A stretch of DNA of 64,000 nt from positions 2,882,856-2,946,855 of the forward strand of contig OY282374.1 of the NCBI GenBank assembly GCA_958295815.1, read 5' to 3'. Under the pieces are notes generated by a model. It saw only the letters and a program-made list of their open reading frames with translations, had not been told where the DNA came from and ran no database searches. Origin of the DNA: Candidatus Poribacteria bacterium (GTDB lineage Bacteria > Poribacteria > WGA-4E > WGA-3G). Both the position numbers and the translations under genes were made by a program. This document shows, one piece after another, positions 37,462 to 47,444 of this stretch; the stretch's first letter is position 1; every line of letters starts with the position of its first letter.

Positions 37462-39936
37462 ATGGATGCGCTAAAAAACATACTTATGCTGGTAAGTGTA
37501 ATCGTTGGGCTCTCGGCAATCTCTGCCATGGCAGAAGAACAAGCAGATACAGTGATTGGTCCCAAGGCTGCGAGCACTGTTGAACAATCAGAAAAAACTG
37601 AGACAGATAAAGACGCCTCCGAAAGCGTAATCAAGCCGCCTGTTGAAGCCATGCTCCTTGTGAGGAAAATCTCATTTGAAGGTGTGAAAGTTGCCTCCGA
37701 AGACATGCTGCGTACGCTGATTCAGTCGCAGACCGGGCATGAAGTCTCCGAAGAACTTCTCACCGAGGACCTAAAAAGCCTTTACAAAGACACCGGTTTT
37801 TTTTCTGAACTCGAGGTCGACGTGAGACCTGTTGAAGAGGGTGGTCTTGAAATCGTCTATAAAGTCGTCGAAAGTCCAAAGATTTCTGGCATCAACTTCA
37901 TCGGAAATGAAAATTTAGGAACGGGTAAACTCAAGGATGAGATTACACTGCGTCCCTCTGAAATTTATAGTGATCGGCGCCGCTGGGAAAGCGAACGCGC
38001 ACTTATGAAGGTTTACCATGAAAAGGGTTATTACCTCGTTGGCATTCAAACACACCTCGGAGATAGAGATACTGAAGAAAATACGGTTCAGATTACATTC
38101 GAGATAAATGAAGGTCCGAGAGTGCGTATTGAGGAAATCAACTTCATTGGGAACGATCAGGTTGCGGGTAGTAAACTGCAGAAGAAACTCAAAACCCGTA
38201 TCGGTAAACCGTTTGACCAACCGTTGTTTGAAGAGGAAGATTTATCACTCAACCTCCGCAATTACTATCAAGATCTCGGCTTTGCCCAAGTAAAAATTAT
38301 GGGCTATGAGAAGCGATTTACCGAAGATAAAGCGGGTCTGATGCTTGATATTACAGTTGATGAGGGTCCCGAATTCATTGTCGGAACTTACACACTTGAG
38401 TTGGAAGCTGGTGCGAAAGCCCTTTTCTCAGAAAAGAAGATACTCGGCATGCTCAATCCGGCAGAAGGTGAGATTTTTAACCGTGCCACCTTTGACGAGT
38501 CGATCGGCAAATTACAGCAGTCGTATCTTGATAAAGGCTATCTGCTCTCAGAAATCATGCCAACACCTATATTTGACGAAACAGACGGTGTGGTGAATGT
38601 TACCTTGAAAATCAACGAAGGTGATATAACAATCATTGACAAGGTAACGATCACTGGCTTAGAAAAAACGAAGGAGTACGTTGTCAAACGTGAGCTGGAT
38701 TGGTTAGGAATTAAGTCCGATGAATTATTGGATGTGAAATCTCTGCGCAAAGCGCGGCAACGGTTGTTCCAGATGGGATCTTTCATTCGCGCTGTCGATT
38801 TTGTGCCAAGTCCGACTGGCGAGGAGAACCGGCAGGAGTTAAAAGTAAATATTGCTGAAACTCCTCGGACAGGGATGCTCAGCCTTGGCGGTGGTTACGG
38901 TAGCGAAGGTGGTGTCTTCGGTGTAGCAGAGGTGGGTCAGAATAATTTCCGCGGACGCGCCTATCGTGTCCACCTCAAAGGGGAATTAGGGACCCGGGAT
39001 CACCACACAGCTGAACTCAGTTTTGGAACGCCCTGGATTATGGGAACCCCCACTCGATTGAATGCTCGCCTTTACGATAACCGCCGCTTTCGGCGATACT
39101 ACGGAACAGTGGGATCCGCACTTCGGAGTCGAAGTTACAGTCCGTATGGCGGCTACAACTACGACCGCTATATGTGGAGTCGCAGAGGTGCTTCTTTGAC
39201 GCTCGGACATCCACTGGGACATGATATTGACGCGTCAGTGAGTTTCCGTAACGAACACGTTGAAACGAGTACCCAGAAGTTGAATAACGAAGAATTTGAG
39301 CAGTACAGTCGTTCAACCCGAAGTATTCGGTTCGCTTTGGGACGGGATACACGAGACTATAGAACTTCGCTGTTTGACCCAATGGGTGGATCATTCCACA
39401 CACTTTCTTATGAATACTCTGGTGGTTTTTTGGGTGCGGATAACCAATTCCAGAAATACTATGCAGATACGAGTTGGTTCTACAGCGGATGGTGGAATCA
39501 TGTTATTGCCGTGCATGGACGTGCTGGTTATATGCGTAGTAAAAGCACCGATTCCTATTTCCTATTTTATGAACGCTTTTTCCTGGGTGGTGTAGACTCG
39601 ATCCGGGGTTACGAGGACTGGGAGATTTATCCTGACCCAGATGCATCGGGCGTTATCAATCCGTACGGTGGTGATAAAGTATTCTTTGCAAACCTTGAGT
39701 ATCGCGTTCCTATATCTCAGCAGCTTACAGCTGCCCTGTTCTTCGATGTAGGGCAGGTATGGGATGAAAAGGTGACAAACGTCTTTAGCCAAATCAACAT
39801 GAAACGGGGACTCGGTCTCGAAGCACGTTTCACGATGCTCGGTATGTTGGTCAGACTGGGTTGGGGTTACGGCTTAGATCGGATTACTGGTGAACCGGCT
39901 GGTAAGTTCCACTTTACAGTAGGACCGGGTTTCTAA
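37462..39936 (+). CDS. bamA: Outer membrane protein assembly factor BamA
   Basis: Signal peptide. Five POTRA-like repeats (ISFEGVKVASEDMLRT..., INFIGNENLGTGKLK...). C-terminal Omp85 barrel ending ...HFTVGPGF. Start at the ATG with an AGGAGG RBS (the track start at 37408 is too far upstream). Confidence 0.9.
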   Translation: MDALKNILMLVSVIVGLSAISAMAEEQADTVIGPKAASTVEQSEKTETDKDASESVIKPPVEAMLLVRKISFEGVKVASEDMLRTLIQSQTGHEVSEELLTEDLKSLYKDTGFFSELEVDVRPVEEGGLEIVYKVVESPKISGINFIGNENLGTGKLKDEITLRPSEIYSDRRRWESERALMKVYHEKGYYLVGIQTHLGDRDTEENTVQITFEINEGPRVRIEEINFIGNDQVAGSKLQKKLKTRIGKPFDQPLFEEEDLSLNLRNYYQDLGFAQVKIMGYEKRFTEDKAGLMLDITVDEGPEFIVGTYTLELEAGAKALFSEKKILGMLNPAEGEIFNRATFDESIGKLQQSYLDKGYLLSEIMPTPIFDETDGVVNVTLKINEGDITIIDKVTITGLEKTKEYVVKRELDWLGIKSDELLDVKSLRKARQRLFQMGSFIRAVDFVPSPTGEENRQELKVNIAETPRTGMLSLGGGYGSEGGVFGVAEVGQNNFRGRAYRVHLKGELGTRDHHTAELSFGTPWIMGTPTRLNARLYDNRRFRRYYGTVGSALRSRSYSPYGGYNYDRYMWSRRGASLTLGHPLGHDIDASVSFRNEHVETSTQKLNNEEFEQYSRSTRSIRFALGRDTRDYRTSLFDPMGGSFHTLSYEYSGGFLGADNQFQKYYADTSWFYSGWWNHVIAVHGRAGYMRSKSTDSYFLFYERFFLGGVDSIRGYEDWEIYPDPDASGVINPYGGDKVFFANLEYRVPISQQLTAALFFDVGQVWDEKVTNVFSQINMKRGLGLEARFTMLGMLVRLGWGYGLDRITGEPAGKFHFTVGPGF

Positions 39937-39945
39937 CGGAATAAT

Positions 39946-39977
39946 GGACACCTCTTCGGAGGTGTCCTTTTAATTTT
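39946..39977 (+). terminator. Rho-independent terminator after bamA
   Basis: GGACACCTC-TTCG-GAGGTGTCC followed by TTTTAATTTT. Confidence 0.8.
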
Positions 39978-40023
39978 AGCAGATGAAATTATTAATTTCT
40001 TTCTCGAAACAAAGGATTTAACT

Positions 40024-40584
40024 ATGAAATCACTTGAGTTGGGTGCTTCCAAAGCACGCCTAACTATATTATTACTTGTTTCTCTCGCCGCTTTCTGTTT
40101 GAGTCCAGGAAGTATTGGGCAAGAATCCTTCAAGCTCGGCGTGGTAAACACGCAAGAGGTCTTGGAAAGTTCACAAAAAGCAACGGAGGCGACTGAGGTA
40201 CTCCAATCGGCGAGTGATCGTCTGAGGTCAAAACTGCAAGGATTAGGTGACGAGATTCGGAACCTACAAGAGAAGAAGGCAAAAACCGAGCTTTTTGTCG
40301 AAGAGGCACAGACTGCGGGTTTAGATAACGAAATCCGCCTCAAACAGCAAGAATATCAGCGTCAGGTCGAAGTTGGTCAACAAGCATTGCTCGAAAGAGA
40401 GCAAGAATTGATGGAACCGATTTACAACAACCTCCAAGCACTGATTGTGAAAGTCGGTGAATCCGAAAATTTCGACATCATCCTCGAAAAGCGGCTCATC
40501 ACGCTTTATGTAAGTGAAAAATACGATTTGACACAGCGGTTCATCGTCTTGATGAACGAAGAAACTGAAGAAAAACCGGAATAA
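40024..40584 (+). CDS. skp: Periplasmic chaperone Skp (OmpH family)
   Basis: Signal peptide. Coiled-coil-rich 186-aa protein positioned between bamA and lpxD, the conserved gene order. Confidence 0.7.
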   Translation: MKSLELGASKARLTILLLVSLAAFCLSPGSIGQESFKLGVVNTQEVLESSQKATEATEVLQSASDRLRSKLQGLGDEIRNLQEKKAKTELFVEEAQTAGLDNEIRLKQQEYQRQVEVGQQALLEREQELMEPIYNNLQALIVKVGESENFDIILEKRLITLYVSEKYDLTQRFIVLMNEETEEKPE

Positions 40585-40654
40585 CGCTACACTGCCTACA
40601 CTCCGTAATGCGAAACGATTCAAATCTACGGAGAAAGGATTATGGCTAAATGGT

Positions 40655-41701
40655 ATGAAACTCAAGGAAATTTGTGAACGCCTCAATGGCGATCTCTCTG
40701 GGGATGGTGATATTGAAATTACAGGGGTATCTGGAATCAACGAAGCGCTTCCGACTCAGATTACCTTTGTTGCCAACCCAAAGTACATCGCTGCTATAGC
40801 AACGACGCAAGCTGGGGCAATTATAATTGGTCAGGGTGTCAAGGGTAACGGCAAACCGACGATTCGAGTTGATAACCCGTACTTGTCTTTCGTAAAAGTT
40901 TTGGAGATGTTCTCATGGGACAAAAACCCTCGCGCACTTCCGGGTGTTGACGAGACAGCGATCATAGGAAAGAATGTCAAACTTGGTGAACGTGTCTCAA
41001 TTCAAGCGTATAGTTACATCGCGGACGACGTTGAAATCGGTAATGACACCGTCATTCAGCCGTTTGTTTATATCGGCGAAGGTGCAAAAATCGGTGCTGA
41101 TGGACTTATTTACCCACACGTTAGCATCCGTGAAGATGTAACGATCGGTGATCGGGTAATCATCCACTGTGGTGCTGTTATAGGTAGTGACGGCTTCGGA
41201 TTTGCCCCTGTTAGCAATCGACACCATAAAATCCCTCAGATTGGGACTGTGGTTATTGAAGACGATGTTGAGATCGGTGCGAATACCACTATTGATAGAG
41301 CGACACTCTCAGAAACACTTATCAAACGCGGCACGAAATTGGATAACCTTGTTCAAATTGCGCATAATGTTGTCATCGGAGAAGACTGCTGTCTCGCGGC
41401 ACAAGTCGGTATTGCTGGAAGTACTATACTCGGTGACCGTGTAAACATTGCGGGTCACGGAGGTGCGGCAGGTCATTTAACGCTCGGTGAGGATAGTGTT
41501 GTTTACGCGAAATCCGCAGTCACGAAAGATATGCCTGCTGGTAGTCATCTTTCTGGATTTCCAGCACGTCCACATAAACAAGAATTGAGAATTCACGCTG
41601 CGACCCGCAAGTTGCCGGAAATGCTCCCTGAATTCACCAAACTTCAAAAGCGGGTTGCTGAACTTGAAGCAAAAATCCAAGAGTTGGATGATGCCTCGTA
41701 G
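40655..41701 (+). CDS. lpxD: UDP-3-O-(3-hydroxyacyl)glucosamine N-acyltransferase
   Basis: Left-handed beta-helix hexapeptide repeats. N-terminus MKLKEICERLNGDL...ITGVSGINEA is typical of LpxD. C-terminal helical extension. Confidence 0.9.
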   Translation: MKLKEICERLNGDLSGDGDIEITGVSGINEALPTQITFVANPKYIAAIATTQAGAIIIGQGVKGNGKPTIRVDNPYLSFVKVLEMFSWDKNPRALPGVDETAIIGKNVKLGERVSIQAYSYIADDVEIGNDTVIQPFVYIGEGAKIGADGLIYPHVSIREDVTIGDRVIIHCGAVIGSDGFGFAPVSNRHHKIPQIGTVVIEDDVEIGANTTIDRATLSETLIKRGTKLDNLVQIAHNVVIGEDCCLAAQVGIAGSTILGDRVNIAGHGGAAGHLTLGEDSVVYAKSAVTKDMPAGSHLSGFPARPHKQELRIHAATRKLPEMLPEFTKLQKRVAELEAKIQELDDAS

Positions 41702-42010
41702 AGAGGCTATGGGAAACAAGATGTTTTAACTCTTGGACCACGTAGCAGTTTTGCGTGCGACGCTTTTTTCGGTTTGGACGCTCGTCCTTTGGGGTATCAT
41801 CAGGGGCGTACATCCCCACAAGCATCGGATATCGCGCTCCTTTGCAATTATGGGTCATCTTTTGTCTCTACACGTTGCTCAGAGGAACTATCTACATCCT
41901 CAATCAGATAGCCGACTGGGAAACCGATTCCAATTGTATCTCTCACCTCCGCCGTCATTTACCCTATTTGTCTATTGGAATTATACGCAAGTTGCGAGAT
42001 ATTTACGTAA

Positions 42011-42297
42011 ACGGCACACGGAGTGTGTCTGCTACTCCTGTTACGGCACATGGAGTGTGTCTGCTACTTTTAACTCACGACAACGGCACACGACGGAGTG
42101 TGTCTGCTACTTTTAACCCACGACAACGGCACACGGAGTGTGCCTACTACTTTTAACTCACGACAACGGCACACGGAGAGTGTCTGCTACTCCTGTTACG
42201 GCACACGGAGTGTGCAGCGTTTATTATTGACATCTCACTGCTTTCGGGGTGTCTGCTACTCCTGTTACGGCACACGGAGTGTGCCTACTACTTTTAA
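42011..42297 (+). repeat. Tandem array (about 7 units, 33-43 bp) of hairpin repeat ACGGCACACGGAGTGTG[C/T]CT[A/G]CTAC...
   Basis: Units alternate between a ...CTGCTACTCCTGTT form and a ...CTACTACTTTTAAC[T/C]CACGACA form. The hairpin core is GGCACAC-GGA-GTGTGCC. Two more copies at 1256-1351. Spurious ORFs 41733-42307 run through it. Confidence 0.85.
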
Positions 42298-42309
42298 GGA
42301 TTCTTGAAA

Positions 42310-43158
42310 ATGAAGACGGTGCTGGCGTACCTTGAATTGGCACGCCCTCTCAACGGAATTATCGCTTTTATCTCGGCATGGCTCGGAGGGGTATTCGCAA
42401 GCCGAGGTGACACAGAAAACCTTTTAGACGTCCGTCTGTTGTTAGTTTCTATCGCTGCATTACTCCTACTATCCGCAGGGAACGCTATAAACGATTATTG
42501 TGATTACAATATAGACCGAATTAACCGTCCACAGAGACCACTCCCTTCCGGACGAATTCAGAGACTACACGCCGTGATTTTCGCAATAGTTCTGATGGTA
42601 ATTGGCATCTGGCTTGGAACACTTATTAGTAAAAGTGCTATAATCTTTGCAATCCTCGTAGCCGTTGCCCTGATCGGTTACGCTTTCTGGCTAAAACGCA
42701 CCCCTTTTGTAGGCAATTTGGTTGTCAGCGGCTTAACGGGTTCTACCTTCATTGCGGGAGGCATCGCGATAGACTCGGTGCAGGGCACACTGGTTCCAGC
42801 TATCTTTGCGTTCTTGTTCACAGCAGCACGAGAGATTATCAAAGACCTTGAAGATACAGAGGGTGATCTGAAAAACAGCGTTAAAACACTTGCGATCCTC
42901 AATCCACGTCTTGCTGTAGGAACAGCACTTGGTTTCATGGCACTCGTTATTTTGTTCAGTCCTATCCCGTATCTATTCGGATGGTACTCATGGCATTATC
43001 TGTTTGCGGTTGTACTCGGTGTTGACTTAGTTCTAATCGGATTGGCAATTCGGCTGTTGCGTGATACTTCCAAAGAGAGTTGTGCTGCCATTCAACGCTG
43101 GATGAAATGGGACATATTCGTGGGACTCGGTGCGATCTACATCGGAATATTTTTATGA
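42310..43158 (+). CDS. UbiA-family prenyltransferase (digeranylgeranylglyceryl-phosphate synthase-like)
   Basis: Eight to nine TM helices. Asp-rich motif NAINDYCDYNIDRINRPQRPLPSG (the UbiA NDxxDxxxD box). Encoded next to GGGPS. Confidence 0.7.
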   Translation: MKTVLAYLELARPLNGIIAFISAWLGGVFASRGDTENLLDVRLLLVSIAALLLLSAGNAINDYCDYNIDRINRPQRPLPSGRIQRLHAVIFAIVLMVIGIWLGTLISKSAIIFAILVAVALIGYAFWLKRTPFVGNLVVSGLTGSTFIAGGIAIDSVQGTLVPAIFAFLFTAAREIIKDLEDTEGDLKNSVKTLAILNPRLAVGTALGFMALVILFSPIPYLFGWYSWHYLFAVVLGVDLVLIGLAIRLLRDTSKESCAAIQRWMKWDIFVGLGAIYIGIFL

Positions 43159-44375
43159 TAAACTACGATCAAGTTATTGCTTTCTTAGAAAGAAAAAACC
43201 CGGATGCTGAGACAGTATCCCGTTTTAAGCAGGCGTATCACAGCTTTTCTGAGACCGGAGAATGGCGTCCCTCCTATCAGGTGCTGACCACAGGCTGGCA
43301 GAAACTTGATGGGGTTTTACTGATGACACCAGAGGATGTGTTTGATACCGACTATCGGGTTTATCTCAGCACTACAACCGAACGAGGTTTGAGAGAACTG
43401 CTCCTCGCATTTCCGAGACGCTGCACCGGAATGTTTTATCTAACAGAAAAATGGATGGTCAACGGGATCCACGATGTCTTAGAGGGTGAGGTCGTTCGGA
43501 CAGATAGTGGGGCGTTTTATCGGGGTATTAAGCGTGGTAGTGGCACGGTTGCAGAACAGCGAACAATTTCTAAACGCAAAGATGCGATTGCTGCACACAT
43601 GCATAAATTATCGACCTTGAAGGGCAAACTTGAGCATTCACAATTTGTTGTTGAAGGAGAACTGATAGTGGAACGGGCGGTTAGAGACGGACTGCCTATT
43701 GGCGGAATCCTTTATACCACCACCCTACTTGCAACACCTGATGGGAAAAACCTCCTGAAGCGAGCCTTTACGGATAATATTTCCTGCTATCAGGTTAGTG
43801 ATGGTGTCATGGGTTCAATCACTACAACACGTCCGATACCATCGGTCATGGCATCGGTACACTTCAACTTCCAGCATTTTTTGTCCGCATCAGGTGAACC
43901 CAATTTTCATTTTAGTCGGGAATGTACAATGCTCATCGCCGAGAATGTCGCGAACCCAGACAATTTGGGTATGACCTTGCGAACAGCAGATGCAGCAGGG
44001 GTATCTGCTGTCTTATTGAGTCGTGAAGGAGCGAGTCCGTTCCACAAGAACTGCATTCGCGCATCGCGAGGGGCAGTTGGACGTTTACCGTTGTACTATG
44101 CAACGGAGATAGGTTCTGCTATTGAGGTATTAAAGGCATCAGGTTGGCAGGTCTTAGGTGGAACTTCAAGTGCAGAAAATGCGTTATACACTACGAAACT
44201 CTCGCTGCCTACAGCCATTGTTGTCGGCAACGAAAACACGGGACTCTCTACAGAAACGCGAGAACTCTGTACAGAACTCGTCCGCATTCCGATGGCATCT
44301 GGACAATCATCACTCAATGTAGGGGTTGCGGCGGGTGTTCTGCTCTACGAACTTGCACGACGGCACAGAATTTGA
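43155..44375 (+). CDS. Fusion protein: N-terminal domain of unknown function + C-terminal SpoU/TrmH-family RNA 2'-O-methyltransferase
   Basis: The start ATG overlaps the stop of the UbiA gene (ATGA). C-terminal SPOUT blocks NPDNLGMTLRTADAAG...IVVGNENTGLS...IPMASGQSSLNVGVAAGVLLYE. Confidence 0.7.
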   Translation: MINYDQVIAFLERKNPDAETVSRFKQAYHSFSETGEWRPSYQVLTTGWQKLDGVLLMTPEDVFDTDYRVYLSTTTERGLRELLLAFPRRCTGMFYLTEKWMVNGIHDVLEGEVVRTDSGAFYRGIKRGSGTVAEQRTISKRKDAIAAHMHKLSTLKGKLEHSQFVVEGELIVERAVRDGLPIGGILYTTTLLATPDGKNLLKRAFTDNISCYQVSDGVMGSITTTRPIPSVMASVHFNFQHFLSASGEPNFHFSRECTMLIAENVANPDNLGMTLRTADAAGVSAVLLSREGASPFHKNCIRASRGAVGRLPLYYATEIGSAIEVLKASGWQVLGGTSSAENALYTTKLSLPTAIVVGNENTGLSTETRELCTELVRIPMASGQSSLNVGVAAGVLLYELARRHRI

Positions 44376-44489
44376 CAAATCACCACAAATATGGTAAAAT
44401 TTTAAAAACAGTGGTCGGCACACAAGCCATGTAAAGATAGACGGCTTGCGAGTCGAGATTTAACATCCCGAAAAAAGGATAAATCGCAT

Positions 44490-45236
44490 TTGAGATTGAC
44501 TTGGGTTCTGAATCACTTTAAAGAGGTACTGAAAAAGCACAATGCTGGCTATTTTGTTCTAATCGATCCAGAGCAGTGCGATGTCAGAAAGTGTGCCAAA
44601 CTTGCAGGCGAGATCGAGAAGGCTGGTGCAGATGCAATTTTGTTAGGCGGGAGTTTTTTAACGAACGATTTGCATCCGATTGCGAAAGCCCTGAAACAGG
44701 AAACTCAACTACCAATCGTGCTTTTTCCGGGCGATTCGATGCACTTGACACCCCACGCTGATGCTATCCTCTACATCAGTCTTATCAGCGGTCGTAATCC
44801 AAACTATCTTATCGGCGAGCAAGTAAAAGCCGCCCCGCGCATACGACATCACGCGCTTGAACCTATTCCGACGGGCTACATGCTCATTGATGGTGGTAAC
44901 AGAACCGCCGTTGAATTCACGAGTGGGACGATGCCCATCCCGCGTGACAAGCCAGATATAGCGGGACCTCATGCATTAGCTGCGGAATATCTCGGCATGC
45001 AGATGGTGTACTTAGAAGCAGGTAGCGGTGCGACCCATCCTGTTCCAAACGAAATGATCTCCACAGTAAAAGCACAAATCGGTATTCCGTTAATCGTCGG
45101 TGGTGGCATCCGCACACCAAAAATTGCGGCAAAAAAGGTAGCGGCGGGTGCTGATTTTGTCGTAACAGGTAATGTTCTTGAGGAGAATGGATCTCTCGAA
45201 CTGATGAAAGCGTTCGCTGATGCCGTTCACGGCTAA
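44490..45236 (+). CDS. Geranylgeranylglyceryl/heptaprenylglyceryl phosphate synthase family (GGGPS / PcrB)
   Basis: TIM-barrel GGGPS pattern: LIDPEQ..., GGSF..., LEAGSGA..., IVGGGIRT... Non-ATG (TTG) start, position uncertain. Confidence 0.75.
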   Translation: MRLTWVLNHFKEVLKKHNAGYFVLIDPEQCDVRKCAKLAGEIEKAGADAILLGGSFLTNDLHPIAKALKQETQLPIVLFPGDSMHLTPHADAILYISLISGRNPNYLIGEQVKAAPRIRHHALEPIPTGYMLIDGGNRTAVEFTSGTMPIPRDKPDIAGPHALAAEYLGMQMVYLEAGSGATHPVPNEMISTVKAQIGIPLIVGGGIRTPKIAAKKVAAGADFVVTGNVLEENGSLELMKAFADAVHG

Positions 45237-45244
45237 AACAACCG

Positions 45245-45340
45245 GGAATTCGGGGTTACAAACCCCTCCCACAATGTGAAAATTACTTCAAACGCTTTGT
45301 TGAAGCATCTAAAACTTGTTAGTAGCAACTTGGATTAAAA
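45245..45340 (+). repeat. 100-bp composite intergenic element, copy A (REP hairpin GGGGTTACAAACCCC + TCCCACAATGTGAAAATCACTTCAAACGC... + TAGCAACTTGGATTA tail)
   Basis: Shares more than 85% identity with 55794-55890 and 62692-62776. Has internal palindromes GTGAAAATCAC and AAACG...CGTTT. Confidence 0.85.
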
Positions 45341-45405
45341 TTGGCGACATTGGAAAATAGGCTTGCAGGAAACAGCAAGAAATTAAGAAAAAGGACTTCA
45401 TTATT

Positions 45406-46245
45406 ATGTCTGACGTTAAAGAAATACACATCAAAGCAGAAATAGAACCGACCGCAGATAACGATTCTGACGAGTGCGAAGAGAAATCATTTGTTACACG
45501 TATGCGAGAGATTGCAGAGACAGCACTTGACACAGTCAAATCGGAAGTAAAAAAAGGAATAGAAGAGCGCATTGCCCCTGTTGAAGAAACAGCTGCTAAC
45601 CTGACATCGACAGTCAAGGAAGAGGTAGAGTCGATTGTACAACGCGTGCACGATCAATATGAAACCGAACGCGCTGAACTATTTCGCACAGAAATCGAAA
45701 AAGAGGTAGATGCTGCCGTGCAGCACGTCCATGAAGAATATAAGGCGGAACGCGATATCCTATTACGGACAGCTGCCGAAGCCGAAAACACTAAAAAACG
45801 CATGGAGACTGACTATCAACGGAAGCTAAAGTTCGCAAACGAAGAAATTTTAGAAGGAATGGTGCCGGTGCTTGATAGTTTCGAAGCCGCGATTAAAAGT
45901 GTAACTGAGAAAGTTGAAACCGACGACGCTTCATCTGATCTCACCACATTCAGCGAAGGTGTGGAACTTGTTCACAAACAGTTGTTAGATGCCCTGAAAA
46001 GTCACGGACTCACGCCAATTGAAGCTATCGGTGAAACATTTGATCCGTACCGACATGAGGCATTGATGGCAGTGGCATCAGATGACATAGCAGAAGATAA
46101 AGTGGTTGAAGAGTTTCGGCGCGGGTATATGTTGCACACCCGCGTTCTGCGCGCCTCACAAGTAGTTGTTTCGCAGGGAGCTGAAAAAGAAGAGGAAGTG
46201 CCTGAAGATTCAGATGACAGTGCCGATGCTGACGACGCTGAGTAG
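45406..46245 (+). CDS. grpE: Nucleotide exchange factor GrpE (with acidic N-terminal extension of about 100 aa)
   Basis: C-terminal GrpE core ...AENTKKRMETDYQRKLKFANEEIL...LPVLDSFEAA...FDPYRHEA. Confidence 0.85.
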   Translation: MSDVKEIHIKAEIEPTADNDSDECEEKSFVTRMREIAETALDTVKSEVKKGIEERIAPVEETAANLTSTVKEEVESIVQRVHDQYETERAELFRTEIEKEVDAAVQHVHEEYKAERDILLRTAAEAENTKKRMETDYQRKLKFANEEILEGMVPVLDSFEAAIKSVTEKVETDDASSDLTTFSEGVELVHKQLLDALKSHGLTPIEAIGETFDPYRHEALMAVASDDIAEDKVVEEFRRGYMLHTRVLRASQVVVSQGAEKEEEVPEDSDDSADADDAE

Positions 46246-46266
46246 TACAATAGGAAGGGACAGTCC

Positions 46267-47382
46267 ATGATGCAAAAACGCGACTATTATGAGATTCTGG
46301 CTGTGAACCGTGATGCCGATGAAGATGAGATAAAGAAGGCTTATCGCAAACTCGCCATTCAATACCATCCAGATAAAAACCCTGGGAACAAAGAAGCTGA
46401 AAACAAGTTCAAGGAAGCGACAGAGGCTTACGAAGTCCTGCGTACTCCTGAAAAACGACAACTTTATAATAGGTTCGGACATGCAGGATTAGAAAACAGC
46501 GGCAGCGATTTTGGCGGGTTTGGCGTGAATCTCGACGACATTTTCGGAGACGTCTTTGGCGATCTCTTGGGAGGATTCGGTGCTTCCCAACGCACACCGA
46601 AACGCGGGCGGAGTTTACAATACAACCTTGAAGTGACGCTTGAAGAGGTCATCCACGGAAAACGGGCTAAGATTCAGGTGCCCCGGATTGAATCCTGCCC
46701 GACGTGCGAGGGTAGTGGTGCAAAGCACGGGACGCGGGTTGTAACGTGTCCTCAGTGCCATGGTAGAGGTCAAGTCAGCCAAACGCAAGGATTTTTCACA
46801 ATGTCCCGGACCTGCCCGCACTGCCGTGGTGAAGGTGAAATCATTCAAGAACCGTGTTCATCTTGTGCCGGAAAAGGACTCGTCCGGAATACGGCTGAGA
46901 TTGAACTGAATATTGATAAAGGTGTTGACACGGGTTTCAAATACCAATTGCGTGGCGAAGGCGAATCAGGCGCCAACGGTGCGCCTCCAGGTGACCTGTA
47001 TGTTGTCATCAATGTTGTCCCGCATGAACGCTTCCAACGCAACCAAAATGACCTGATTACATCAGCCAAAGTTTCGTTCGTTCAAGCGGCACTCGGTGGA
47101 AGAATTAAAGTCGATGGCATTGATGGACCTGAAGTGTTGGATATCCCGCCCGGCACGCAGTATGGCACGCAGTTACGTATCGCTAACAAAGGTGTTCCGC
47201 ATTACAGACGTTCCTATTCAGGCGATTTAGTCGTCGTTATAGAAGTGGAAACGCCCAAAAACCTGAATGCGACAGAACGCGAAAAGTTAGCGGAATTCGC
47301 AAATTTGCGTGGTGAATCCTATCACAGCGAACAGGGTGGATTTTGGGATAAGTTGCTCGGTCGCAATGATGAGGACGAATAA
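46267..47382 (+). CDS. dnaJ: Molecular chaperone DnaJ
   Basis: J-domain with HPD (YHPDKN). G/F-rich linker. Four CxxCxGxG zinc-finger repeats ([32 protein letters not shown]). Confidence 0.95.
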   Translation: MMQKRDYYEILAVNRDADEDEIKKAYRKLAIQYHPDKNPGNKEAENKFKEATEAYEVLRTPEKRQLYNRFGHAGLENSGSDFGGFGVNLDDIFGDVFGDLLGGFGASQRTPKRGRSLQYNLEVTLEEVIHGKRAKIQVPRIESCPTCEGSGAKHGTRVVTCPQCHGRGQVSQTQGFFTMSRTCPHCRGEGEIIQEPCSSCAGKGLVRNTAEIELNIDKGVDTGFKYQLRGEGESGANGAPPGDLYVVINVVPHERFQRNQNDLITSAKVSFVQAALGGRIKVDGIDGPEVLDIPPGTQYGTQLRIANKGVPHYRRSYSGDLVVVIEVETPKNLNATEREKLAEFANLRGESYHSEQGGFWDKLLGRNDEDE

Positions 47383-47444
47383 TCCGTATAGATAGAGCGA
47401 TTCAATTTTTAGAGAGAGTGTACAACGGTGTATGAGTGCTCAAC

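Noticed and set aside
42011-42297. Possible CRISPR array (regular about 30-bp repeats with short intervening sequence)
   Set aside because: The intervening 'spacers' are only 8-10 bp and near-identical. Units vary in length (33-43 bp). No cas genes are nearby. The repeat carries REP hallmarks (GC hairpin + CTAC) and is also found dispersed at 1256-1351.
41733-42307. Three overlapping ORFs (127, 133, 69 aa) in the six-frame track
   Set aside because: They are translations of the tandem hairpin-repeat array. The repetitive peptides (…VSATFNSRQRHTECV…) mirror the DNA repeat. There is no RBS.
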